From Lama glama (taxonomy: Eukaryota): 64,000 nt of DNA. The translations under genes and the position numbers were made by a program. Shown here in pieces: positions 37,501-49,144 of this stretch (the stretch's first letter is position 1; every line of letters starts with the position of its first letter). The stretch lies in NCBI GenBank assembly GCA_028534125.1, contig CM052816.1:98892001-98956000 (forward strand). Direction: 5' to 3'. The notes under the pieces are model-generated. The model did not search any database. It was not told the origin of the DNA and saw only the letters and a list, made by a program, of their open reading frames with translations.

Positions 37501-38456
37501 CTTAGGCGAAGCTCCGTCTTATTGGAGCCTCACGAGTGTGATGTGCACCGGAAGTGAGGGAGGGGTGGGAACAGCACGAGAGCGCCGGAAAATCCAGTTG
37601 GCAGATCCCGCTCACGGAGTCCACACTCACCCGGGGCAGCTTCTGGCCGTAGGACCAGTCAAAATGAGAAATTAGAAGGAAAATGAATCTGAACTTTGGA
37701 CCAGGAAACAAGTATGCCTTCGAATCATAACAAAAGAACTTGGTAAGGTCTGCCTCGGTCTAAGTCCTATATAAATTATCACAGATACTAAAATTTGGGG
37801 ATTTCACTTCATTTCAATCATGTATGGGGAAAACGTGAAACACGTCTTTGAATATCTTATTAGTAAGGCAGATATCAGTACCACACAGATTTCTTTAAAA
37901 TGAAATAAGCCTTTTTCTGGGCTGCCTGGAGAATCATTTCAAAACTAACAATATTCTAGGAAAAAACATCTCAGCTTATTCTGAGCAACAGACATAAATG
38001 AGTTACTAATGTCAGCCGCTGGGGATGGCCGAGGTGTGACTAGCTGTGATCGCAATGGGCTCCTACGGGCAGGTCTTGAGCAAAAACTCTTGTTGGTTCA
38101 AAGCATGTCCTCTGGGCCACCCAGCCAAGCTCAGCCATCCTGTCTAGAAAGGCCTCTGGAAGGACACCGTTCATGACTGTTACAAGACTCTCCCCCAGTG
38201 AGAATGAAACTAAGAGGCTCATTGGCAAACCTAGTTTAAACAATTATAGGAACTTAAATCACTTGGTCCATTAAGAATGTATTGTCCTTCCCCCTACCCC
38301 CATCCCTAGCAATCTACAAGGTTAAAAGTGGGGGATACTGTGGTCATTTGTCCATAAATGTTGACATTTATTTCACATTATAAGGTGAAATTTGAATGAA
38401 CTCCTGTTTCTCCCAAATCCAATCAAGTTTACCTTGACTCTCCATTGCTCACAGCT

Positions 38457-38480
38457 CACACACACACACACACATACACA
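38457..38480. repeat. Short (CA)n microsatellite followed by a T-tract
   Basis: CACACACACACACACATACACA then GGTTTTTTGTTTTTTTTTTT. Confidence 0.85.
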
Positions 38481-40284
38481 GGTTTTTTGTTTTTTTTTTT
38501 AACCAGAGATAAGCTGACACCAAACACTGTCATGACAAAAGCAACAGTGGCTACGGTTACCAGAAACGGAGCACACGCGCACTATTCTCATAAAACCGAC
38601 TGACCTTCAGTCCAGCAATCCTCCACTGCAACAGCTCCTTCATTTTGCAGTGAAAATTGATTTATGTTTTTTGACCCTGAGCCCTTGTGGGATTCCAAAT
38701 TCCCTTTTTGGTCCTTCCCCTCCCTTCCCCTCACTCTGTTCCATCAGTTTCTTCTCTGCACCGTCACTTACTGGCCGTCCAGGCGGAGGTGGGGGCCCTG
38801 CTGAGCACTGGCTGCAGTAGGAGTCACACTGTGCACTCACGGGAGCACAGGAGGGGACAAGTGATTGAGTAAAACCACGGAGGGTGCGGAGCAGACAGAG
38901 TCCCTTCTGCCTCAGTGTTGATTCAGGGTCGATCTTTCCCCGCTTAGCACTTAGAAATGGCTGTTCCAGTGCTTTCCTCATTGGTTTCACCAATGAGAAG
39001 TCTGAGATTACTCTCACGAATATTTATTTTTATTAAAAAATTTTCTGAAAACTTTTACTTTTTTTCCCCTTTGCTTTGCTGTTGTAAATTTCCCTTCCTT
39101 ATGATCCTATGTGGATCTTTTTTTTTTTAAAATCAGATCGAGTTTCTTATAGAAGATGCAGGGCTTTTATTAAATTGGAAAATGTCTCCATCATCAACTT
39201 TTAGACTATTGTTGCTATTGAGCGTTTATGGAGTCTCGCAATGTGTCTTCTCAAGTGTCTCTTAGTTTTCCTTGACTTTTCTATTAATCCCCTCTTAATG
39301 AATTCCTCTGTGCTGTCTTACTATTCAACGGTCCTCTGGGGAGCTCAGCTTTGTCTTGTTTCTCACTCCTATTTTCAGTTTTACTGTCTTCACTTTTGTT
39401 GTTTTATCTGTGCTGATGGCCGAGAAAGCTCCGTTTACTCACTGATTCGGACATTCGTGCATTTATGCGTGCTTCCAGCGTGAGCTCATTGAGTATCTGC
39501 TGGCATTGTGCTCTGTACTGGGGAGATTATTCCTGTTTTTATTAGGTCAGAAAATGGATCAATTTTTCTTTACTCAAATATTTTTATTATCTTAGTTCAA
39601 GGTAAGAAAAACATGGTCAGTTAATAATGTGAGTCTCAGGCTATCACTGTCAAAAAATGTTGAATTAAAATTTCAGAAATTGGCTCCTAATAGGAAACAA
39701 AATCTTTCTCTCTGATTCTTACTCTGTTTGTGAGCACAGAATGCTTGCCTCCTGTGTGTCACGTGGTCAAACCTGTCCCACTCATTATCCCACAATGGAA
39801 AAATTCAGGCCACATTTAAGGGTTCTCCTAGTTTTCAATTCGTATGCTAGGAATGATAAATGTATATTTTTGATAGACGGCTGTGTTTAAGTCATACAAA
39901 AGGTCTACTTTTCTCTTTCCCCTCATCCTTCCTTCCTTCTTTCTTCCATTCTTTGTTCTTCCCTTTTGTCTTTTTTTCCTTCTTTTGACAAATGGATGCT
40001 GTCTGTCCTGGGCTGGATGCAGGCAATCCCCACAGCAAAGTACCTAGTCTCTGTCTTCCACATCTTCAGATTCTCTGGAGTAGATTTACAGACAGATTCT
40101 ACCCACAGCAGAGTTCCATCCTGGCAGGTGTGATCCCGGAGGAGATAAGCTATAAGACCTCTTGGTCAATCAGATAGACTCTGCAGAGGAGCTGAAGTTT
40201 GACCTGAAGCTGTAAGACAGGCCAACGCAGGCACAGAATGGAAAGCGCAGGGCTGGCTCCTAGCATTAGCAGCTGACAGAGAGG

Positions 40285-40470
40285 AGAAACTTGGGTTCAA
40301 ACCCTGTTCTTCTGTTGACTGGCAGACGTTTGTGTCACTTACTCATTGGAAGCTTCAGTTTCCTTACTTGTAATGTGGGTGGATGACAGCTGCCCCAGCA
40401 GCTTCTGTGCGGCGTAAACCAGCTGATGCACCCAGAGGCCCTGGCGCAGCGCCGGCCGGGGGAGCCCTCT
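40285..40470 (+). mobile_element. MIR SINE with GC-shifted 3' half
   Basis: TGGGTTCAAACCC...GTCACTTA...CTTCAGTTTCCTTACTTGTAA core, then TGTGCGGCGTAAACCAGCTGATGCA aligning to MIR TGTGAGGATTAAATGAGATAATGCA. Confidence 0.7.
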
Positions 40471-41034
40471 GTGGGCTGGGCGGCTGGGCGGCTGGGTGTC
40501 CTTGGGGGATGGCCGGGCACCTGTGCGCTTTTCTTTCACCATCAAACCACTAACACACGACTGGCTGTGTCAGCCTCGCTGAGATCGTGGAGTTCACTGG
40601 AATAATGGCCGGCCCCCACTGCCAAGCATTAAGCGCCTTCTCTGAGAAGCTGTAGACGTGCCTGCCAGCAGCCATCGTCAGCTTCTGGAAACCAGGTGCT
40701 TCTGCTCAGCTCCCCACTGGGACCAATGAAGCATTGGACCGAGGGTGCAGGCATCATGAGTCAGATGCCACCGACCGGGGCCGGGGGAGGAATGCACACC
40801 CTGGGGGCCTGCCCACGAGGTGTCCTTGTGGGGAGGGAGGGCAGAGAGCCTGAGCCCAGCATCCTTGGGGCAGCGCAGCTCCGCCTCGTCAAGGGTACTG
40901 AACAGGCCCGGTCAGAGCAAACCTGCTGAGGGCTTACGGGGGCTTTGAGACGTCCCGATGACTCCCCCGCCTGCCACAGGTCACCTGATGGGAGGAAATG
41001 ACTTTCACATCACTATGGTCAATGATCAATCAAT

Positions 41035-41347
41035 CAAATGAACTTATTTCCAAAACTGAAACTGACTCACAGACGCAGAAAACAAGCTTGTGGGTTACCA
41101 GAAGGGCAAAGGTGGGGAAGGATAAATTAGGAGTTTGGGATTATCAGATACACATCACTATATATAAAACAGATAAACAACAAGAATCTACTGTATAGCC
41201 CAGGGAACTACATTCAATATCTTGTAACAACCAATCATGGAAAAGATTATGAAAAAGAAAATGTGTGTGTATAACTGAATCCCTATGCTGCACACCGGAA
41301 ACTACACAGCACTGTAAATCAACCATCCTTCAATGAAAACGAAAGTC
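41035..41347 (+). mobile_element. 5'-truncated cetartiodactyl L1 with 10-bp target-site duplication
   Basis: CAAATGAACTTATTT...GGATAAATTAGGAGTTTGGGATT...CTACTGTATAGCCCAGGGAACTA...TGTAAATCAAC. ATCAATCAAT occurs at 41025-41034 and 41348-41357. Confidence 0.9.
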
Positions 41348-42140
41348 ATCAATCAATGAAATAGAACTTGGCTTTGGCACTGCATTCCAAAGGAAAAAAG
41401 TGGGGGATTTTGCGGAATGACTTAGAACAAACATGACACAAGTACTTTGATACAATCTGAACCCACTTTATTACAGTTCTCCTGCGAGCCTGGAGAAAGC
41501 TGACACTTTATTGGGCTTCTGACGTAGTGTGCCGTCCCAGATGGCAGTCCCCGTACGGGATTCCTTGACTCCTCACTCCGAGGGTAGATCAGGATTCAGG
41601 AGAAGTTTGATCCAGATAGAAAATTCCTTGGAGTGAGAGAGGGTGACATAAATTACATTAAATCCTGTGGAAACTGTGCCTTTTGGGACAGATGCTACCC
41701 TCAGGATTCTCCTTCCCTGAAGCCCCAGCCACACCCCACGCCACTGGCCCCAGGTGGAAGCTGGAGTTTCAGGGTGGCTCTGCTGGGCATTCCCTTTCCT
41801 CTAGGAAGCATCAGTCTGGGGGTTGGGGGATGGATTTCTTAGAAGGCAGGTACTCACTGCACCTTCTGCTTAGTAACTGCTAGTGAGTACTGAGAACTTG
41901 CCTGTTGGGCCACCTTGGAGCCAAGTGGTGGTGGGACCAGAGCCCACCCTCTGTTCTGCAGGTTTTGTTTCAAAGGATGATTGTGAATGCGTGGACTTGA
42001 AAGGGGGCTGGTCATTAATTTTGGGGTGAGAAAGAAACAAAATTTAATAATAAAAATAAATTTCTAGCTCAGAATTCCTCTCCATCCTTATGCTGTATGA
42101 GGTTAAAGATTCACATATGGTAGAAACATCTTTCATGGTT

Positions 42141-42177
42141 AAAAAGCAAAAAACAAAACAAAACAAAACAAAAAAAA
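42141..42177. repeat. (AAAAC)n / A-rich simple repeat
   Basis: AAAAAGCAAAAAACAAAACAAAACAAAACAAAAAAAA. Confidence 0.85.
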
Positions 42178-43515
42178 CCCAGGCATCTGCACAGAGTAGA
42201 GCCCTTTATCTGTTTACGGTGAAGTTAACAAAGGATTGGCAAGGGAAAAAAAAAGATCCATTTCTCAGTGACTGCCCGTGATTGTGTCATAAGGGAGAGG
42301 AAAGGTGCGTGTCCATGCTGAGTTACCTGGCCAGGGCCACCTCGTAGTCTGGCCGGAGTTACCGTGGAAATTTCTGCTTAAGCATCCAAACACAGGACAG
42401 GGCGGCTGGGGAGAACGGACTGGCAAGGACAGCGCCTGCAGCTGGAAGGCTGCAGGTGGCCAAAGGCAGGCAATGGACCACAAACGCTTCACCTCCCCAG
42501 CGGCCCTCGAAGTGAGACATTCAACAGGTCGACGCGAAGGAGGTGCCGGGCACTTTCAGGTGTGTCTTGCCGATCGGATGCGTCTGGGCCACGTGCTTAC
42601 TCAGCCCCTTCTCATCTGGGCTTCATCGGTAAAGAAGAGTGATATGTTTATTCTGCCCCACAAACAAACAAAAATCGTTCGGGTCACTAAAACTGGCAGG
42701 TGACTTCAGAACAAAGATTGAGGCGTGGCAGTGATTCACTGGGAGGCAGTTTCATTGCCTGGGCAACCAGAGGCACGGAGGAGACGTGGCGAAGCTGCGG
42801 TCCCCTGGCTGCGGCTGGAGAAGCCCGAGGTCTCTGCTGAGACAGCCCCTGCGTCCGGGCGCTGGGCCAGCACAGCTGTGGGCATTGTGTAGACCAGGGT
42901 CTCATATGTGTCCACTGTGAGGGTTCGGGTTGCATGCGGGCTCTGTGGCAACCTCGGCAGGCTCGAACACTAGAACACTGCGTGTTCCGTGGTCTTCCTG
43001 TCTGCCCCGGTCCAGTTCGCCGAGTTCTCATTAGGCGGTTGTCTGACACAAGCCAAGGGACGAGGAGGCATCCGGTGTGGCACACAAAGGGAAGAGGGGA
43101 GACGTTTTAATTTTCTGTCCACTTTGGCTCGATCCCTGGGTGAGGCATCCTATCCCAGGCTCACACAGCGCACCCTGTAACCATGCCGTTCTGTTCCAGG
43201 TACATAACTAACTCAAGACAATGCTCAGCCTATGCCAGCTTTATGGTTTGGTTGAAGAGTGAACGACTTTTAATGAATGGTGAGGAGTGGCCCAATCTGG
43301 GAGGGATCTTGGGAGAGAATCTGAAGGGTCCTGGCAGGCAGGGGGTCAGTGCACACAGCTTCCTGGGGAACTAACAGAAGGAGTGGAGGTGGACAGACAG
43401 TGGGTTGATCTAAGGAGAGTCAGGGGTAACATTGGCTACAGGTTAGGAAACAAAAGAGGAGGAAATGAGAAGTATGCCTGCTGATACGATTGAGGGCCCT
43501 CCACCATGGTCTAGA

Positions 43516-43893
43516 GTTATGAGCTGAATTGTGTCCCCCTAAAATTCATGCAGAACTCCTAACCCCACATACATCAGAATGTGACTCTCTCTGAAGACAG
43601 GATCTTCAAAGAAATGATTAAGGTGAAAAATGAAGCCATAGGGGTGGGCTCTCACCAGTATGACTGGTGTCCTTATAAGAAGAGGAGATTAGGACACAGA
43701 CACACACAGATGGGAGGGGGGCCACCGTGTGAGGACACAGAAGGTGGCCGTCTGCAAGCCAAGGAGAGAGGCCTCAGAAGAAACCAGCCCTGCCGACCCC
43801 TAGACCTTGCTTTCAGCCTCCAAACCATGAGCAAGTAAACTTCCATTGTCCCGGCCTGCGGGAGCTCTTCATGGCAGCTCCAGCAGACTGATG
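43516..43893 (+). mobile_element. MaLR solo LTR (MLT1B-like), near full length
   Basis: GTTATGAGCTGAATTGTGTCCCCCTAAAATTCAT...GAATGTGAC...TATGACTGGTGTCCTTATAAGAAGAGGA...GCAAGCCAAGGAGAGAGGCCTCAGAAGAAACCA. Confidence 0.9.
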
Positions 43894-44074
43894 CGTCTGG
43901 GGGACATTTGTTTTATTAGATCGGCAGTGGGTGGTGGGAACTGCAAGATATTAGATGTCACTGTGGAACCCTAGGATCTGAACACAATGTGGATAGGACA
44001 GTGGAGTGGAGGTGCCCACAGGCAGAGACAGGCACCGTTGTGATTCTCTAGGCCGGTGCGTTACAACATGCCCA

Positions 44075-44210
44075 ACACTGGCTGTGTGGACCTACTGAGC
44101 ACTTGTACTTGGGCTGGTCTGAATTGAGATGTGCTGTCAGTGAAAAATACACAGTGGACTTCAGAGATGTGGTTCAAATAGAGGACACTAAATATCTCAC
44201 TTAACTCGAT
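44075..44210. mobile_element. MER3-like hAT-Charlie fragment
   Basis: TGAGCACTTG...GGCTGGTCTGAATTGAGATGTGCTGT...AAAATACACA...TAAATATCTCA. Confidence 0.7.
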
Positions 44211-44932
44211 GCTGAACAGTGTTGTTTTAGGCAACAGGAGATCCTGGAGAACGTGGGTGGTGGGCACAAGATGTACAGTGGGAGAGGGTGAGCACTTGCC
44301 TGGATGGAGCTTCCAGGTGAGGTGGCCGGACACTTACCTGGAATGGGAGCTGTGGTGTTGGAGGGACATCCATTTCAGGCTGGGAAGGATGACTGACGTG
44401 TGCCACACAGGTTGTTTGGATGTACTGAAGAGTTTAAGTACCCATGTGGGACAGTGGTGTGACCTACAGATCAGCTCTGATAGTGGTCATTCCCCAGGGG
44501 ACACTCATCTAGCAAGGATTGGGGGCATGAAGTTTGCTCTATTTGGGAAGACAAGAGGAATAAGATGGACAGACTCGGAATAATTTACACCATAACGATG
44601 TGAATGTTGGCTATAACGTTAAATACCTAAGTTCAGAATGAGCAGCGCTGACTATGAGTGTTACCCACATTTGAGCTAATGGGCGAGGGGGGCTGATGGG
44701 CTTAGAAGAGCTGATAGAAGGACCTTTACAGACGAATGGCTGTGCTTGGGAACCAATTAGCTGATCAGTGGCGGAAATGATCACAATATGGCTTAGCACT
44801 TGGAGCGATTTGAGGACAATGGTGATGATTGTGACATACAAGGAAGTTGGAAAAGGCAGCTAATAGAATGGCTTCTGTGTTTTCCAGCAGGGCCAAACTT
44901 GACATTTTTGGTGGGACAATGCTTTGTGGGAT

Positions 44933-45553
44933 TGTAACTGACAGGACCCTGTGGGGTCTCCCCAGGACGGAAACCCCCACTTCCATTTCCTCTGTCTGCC
45001 TCTTGTCTGCAGAAAAACTTTAGCTTCCTAGACCTTCCCCAAGTTCCAAAGAATAAGTTCAATCAGGGGAGTGAGAAAATGCAGAACGAAAAGAAAACAG
45101 TCAAGCAAGACAAAATAATAATAGTTTAGCCATTAAACAAAGTCAAAGAGCTCTAGCTCCTCCTCAGGGGCTGTGGATAATATTCTGAGCCATGTCTTTG
45201 AGCTGTTCTGCAGACACTGAAATCCCCACCAGGTGGACAAATTTAACTGTGTGCTACCCCCAGCACAGAGACCCCAGATGGCTGGATCCAGAAGGTTGAT
45301 GATGTTGACTTCCGATGACCTCACCACCCACCAGTCAGAAGAATGTCCACGAGCTGATCACACATCCACAACCTCCTCCCTCACCCTGTCTTTAAAACCT
45401 TTCCCTGAAAGCCTTTGGGGTCTCGAGTATCTTAAGCACAAGCTCCTTGTCTGGCCCTGCAGTAAACGCCGCACTTTCCGTCACCAGAACGCCGTGTCAG
45501 TAGGCTGGCTTTACTGCGTGTGGGTGCGCGGACCTGAGTTTGGTTTAGCAACG
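44933..45553 (+). mobile_element. ERV1-like solo LTR, full length
   Basis: Starts TGTAACTGACAGGACCCT and ends GGTTTAGCAACG (CA terminus altered). Internal TTTAAAA and AGTAAA signals. Flanked by GGAT and GGAC, a 4-bp TSD with one mismatch. Confidence 0.85.
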
Positions 45554-48500
45554 GGACTGTGTAGGGCGTGCTATGTTTGTATGGTCAGGCTTCTCGAGGA
45601 TGCTTGTGTAAAGCCAAGACAGCCTCTGTTTGGGGCAACTCGGCTGAGTACCAAGTAAACCCTCACCTACATCATACAGCATAGAATCTATTTCTTCCCA
45701 CTCTCTGACCACGTGCCTCCTCAAAGCCACTTTGAATACCTGTCATGCCCTGCAGGCATCTGTGATTCCCTGTAAGTGACTGCATTCCACTCGGATAGGC
45801 ACTGGCATCCGAAAGAGCGCCGTAGGTACTCGGCTGACCCGTCTCTTGGGTGGGAAACAGACATGTGGGCTGCTGCCCCCGCGGGTACCGGAGGGCGTGC
45901 GCCCCCGGAGGTGTGGAGCGCTCGGCTCTGCTCTTCCCGAAGCCTTCACCATCCTTCCAGCTCCTATATGAAACAGTCCCTTGTTTTGGGCACGTATACG
46001 GCCAGGCGGCCCCCACAGCCTGACTTTTCCTACCAGCAGTAATGAAGAGGGAATCTTATGGCCCCCTGTTAAGGGTTGTATGTTACCAACACTATTTCCT
46101 AAACCTACAGTACAGCTTTTGCATACTTGTTACATTTAAAGTACGTTTAAGTACTGGAACATATTAACCTGATTTAATAATATCGTCGGCGACCAGGCGT
46201 GTACAGATTGCGTGTTTAGGGTTAGAAGGAGGAGTACGAATGTTTCCCAACATTTTGAAATTGAAAGAGTTTCCTTTCAACTTGATGAACATAAAACTAT
46301 CCGAGATTCTAGATCCACAGCAGTAAAGCTAGAAAACATTCCTGTAATGAATTCAATACAACGACATTGTTCTGCTGAAACTGGATGAAGATTTAATGGT
46401 CTTTGGGGAAATCATTTAACCTTGTGGAAAGTGGACAGTTCCTTGGCTAGCAAGGGAACTTGACCTGCAAAGAACGTATGAGAAACTTTAGGAAAAAATA
46501 CTCTGCAAAACAATTAGGGATTTGAGTGTGGCAGGGATGGTTCTTTCAATAAGCACCCCCGGGGGTGCTGGAAAGCCCTAGGTCAGAGTCTCCTTCACAC
46601 GCCTTTCAGGGAGCGCGATCAGATTCAGGCGCCCGACAAAGGAACCAGCCAGCCGATAGCCTCTTTGCAAAGTTCTCCGAAACCTTTGAATCAGCCCCCT
46701 TTGTGTGCTCAGGTCATTGAGATTTGCAGACACAAACAAAAAGGGATTGAAAGGTAGCTTTTCAGGAAAAAAGAAAAAAGAGGGAATTTCAAAGAAATTG
46801 AGCAAAACACAATTATACCAAGAATATAACCCAGGTTAGTGGTCCTCTTGGCTTTTCTCCACGTCTGAAGCTCAAACAAGGTGCCTCCCATTGCTTGAGC
46901 TCTCACGCAAAGAGAAAAAAAAAACCCAGAAAAATTACCTACTTATGACTTAGTCGGGACTGAGAAAAACGTATTAAATTTGGGCTAGTTTTTTTTTTTT
47001 TAATTCATGGTATTTTTTTTTTTTTAACTACAAGGGGGCTTAGGAGCTGACAGTGATTGCAGTTAACTGAGTGTGTGGGGATTCTGAGCTCATGGCCCAA
47101 ACTCAGTTGTCCCGGGAAGTTGAATTCAGTCTGCAGCACGCCCTCCAGAGCTCACCTGAAGGCTGCTTCTGAGGGTGCTGCTGCTGCCATCAGCACGAGA
47201 GGCGGGCGTCCCGCTGAGACTTCATTTTGGCCAAAGCCCTTGGAGAGACTGTCAGAGGTGTCAAGGTCCCACCTGTCCTGACTCACCATCCACAGCCACA
47301 CATCTGATGGAGAAGCACCTGTGGGAGCCGGTCCTCCCCGGGACGCTCCTGACTGGGACACGCAGCTGCCGGTAGACAGACAAGATAAAGCCGAGAGCAA
47401 GTGGTTCTAACTGAGGCTCGCAGCAGCCCAAGAGTCAAACCCTGGGCAAGATCTGGTTGTTGAGTAAACTGAATATTCTGCAGAACTGGACCAAACCCCC
47501 TGTGCCTGTCAACAGGTGGCCTCCAGCTTCAAGAAGCCCATCTCTTCGTGTCGGGGACAAGGAGAGAGTCGAGAAGCACAGCAGGTGCCGGGTCCAGGGC
47601 CGGTGGCACCCCAGATGTGTGACAGGTCGCCCCTCAGACATCATATCCGTCGTCTCTCGCACTGAAGCCTTCTGAGGCTCAATTTCAAAGATTTGAAATA
47701 TTTCTGAGTGTGAACGCAGGTGTAGAGAGGGGAGCAGGAAGTGAGGACGGTAATGTCAGTAACAGTGACTCGCTCAGAGACTCGGCTCCTTACCACGAAA
47801 AAGGCAAGAAGCCGTTGGTGTAAATCCAGGTGAAGGGAAAAGACACGTGTAAGCGCGTTGCCAGGCACTTCTGAGAAAAGCTGTGTTTTAAACGCGCTCT
47901 GTCACCACAGCCGGCGAAGGACGGACTGAGAGGCAGTGCGACATGGCTCCAGGCCCCTGGAAGACAGGAGAACAAGGGGAAGTTCAGTTTTTCAGACAGG
48001 GCATGCGACCTGCAGAGCAGGATGGGGGTCCTCTGGCGAAAAGCAGAGCTGTCCCCTTCAGGCCAGTTCGAAGCTGAACTCCTGTGCCCTTGACTGGAAT
48101 CCTTACCCTGTCCTGGCTGCATGAGAACTGATGGCGGCAGGGAAGATCGAGCCCAAACGTGAGGACCAAGGTCATTAATTGTTGGGAGAAAACCTGCGCT
48201 GACTTGATTTCTCTGAGTCGGTCTGATGCACCCAAAGGGGAAGGCGGGCACCAGCCTCGTCCTCGGTGACCACTCGGCCCTCCGTGTGCTTCCAAGCCCG
48301 CTGGGTCCAAACAGGCTCTGCTTAGCTCCCAAGACTCGGTTCTGTCCCCTGATGGCTGTCACTCTTTGCCCGTGTGTGGTGCTCAGCTCACCCCAGTTCA
48401 AACCCCGGGGGACTGGGTTCCTGCCCGCTCCTGCCCAGGGGTGTGCACCGCTGCAGACGGGGCAGAGCTGCCACTGCTGCGCCACGCAGGCGTCACTAGG

Positions 48501-48915
48501 CCCTGACGGCCCCGAGAACAGCCCCTGCACCCGCCGCCTCGTCCGCGTCCTCCCCCGTGTCTGGGTGGGATGCCGACTGTGACTCCTGGTTCCTGGACGA
48601 GGAGGCCCAGGTCAGGGTCCTGGAGCTCGGCCGCAAACCCGAGGTCCCGGATGCGGGTTTTGTGAGGATTGGACAAGAAGACCTGAGGGTGACAGCCCTG
48701 CCACGCTCTCGCGACACAGCAAGGCTGCCCCGAGGGCCTCCGCACGGAGGGGCTCCTGGCCCCCGGCTCAGAGTCCTGGGGTTTAAGGACTGCGCTTGCT
48801 GTGTGCTGACCCAAGCTACTGGAGCCGAGTTTTGGCACTTTTATCACAAGATTCTTAAGCAAAAGAAGTGGGCCGATAGGAAGAGAGAGAGAAAAAGAAG
48901 AATGCCTATCCGCTA

Positions 48916-49003
48916 GTACACACGCGCACACGGATGTGTGTGTGGAGATATATACGTAAATGTCATGTATGTAAGTGTGTGCATTCACCACACACACACA
49001 CAC
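48916..49003. repeat. Degenerate CA/TG/TA purine-pyrimidine repeat
   Basis: TACACACGCGCACAC...TGTGTGTG...TATATACG...CACACACACACAC. Confidence 0.7.
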
Positions 49004-49144
49004 TCATCCTTCAGCCTTGATCCTTGGCTTGGCCTCCTTAGGTGGGTGGATGAAGGACTGACTGATGGATGAGTCTTTGTATCATCTGTTCCTTAACCAT
49101 GACTGCACCAGGACAGTTTGAGTTCATTGGCAATACCATTGCTG

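Noticed and set aside
47150..47175. Peptide HLKAASE reminiscent of a human uncharacterised protein
   Set aside because: Only seven residues, recalled from memory, and the flanking residues do not continue the similarity.
47790..49003. Overlapping 246-aa and 201-aa minus-strand ORFs
   Set aside because: GC-rich, stop-poor sequence that includes a microsatellite and a decayed MIR-like piece. No homology recognised.
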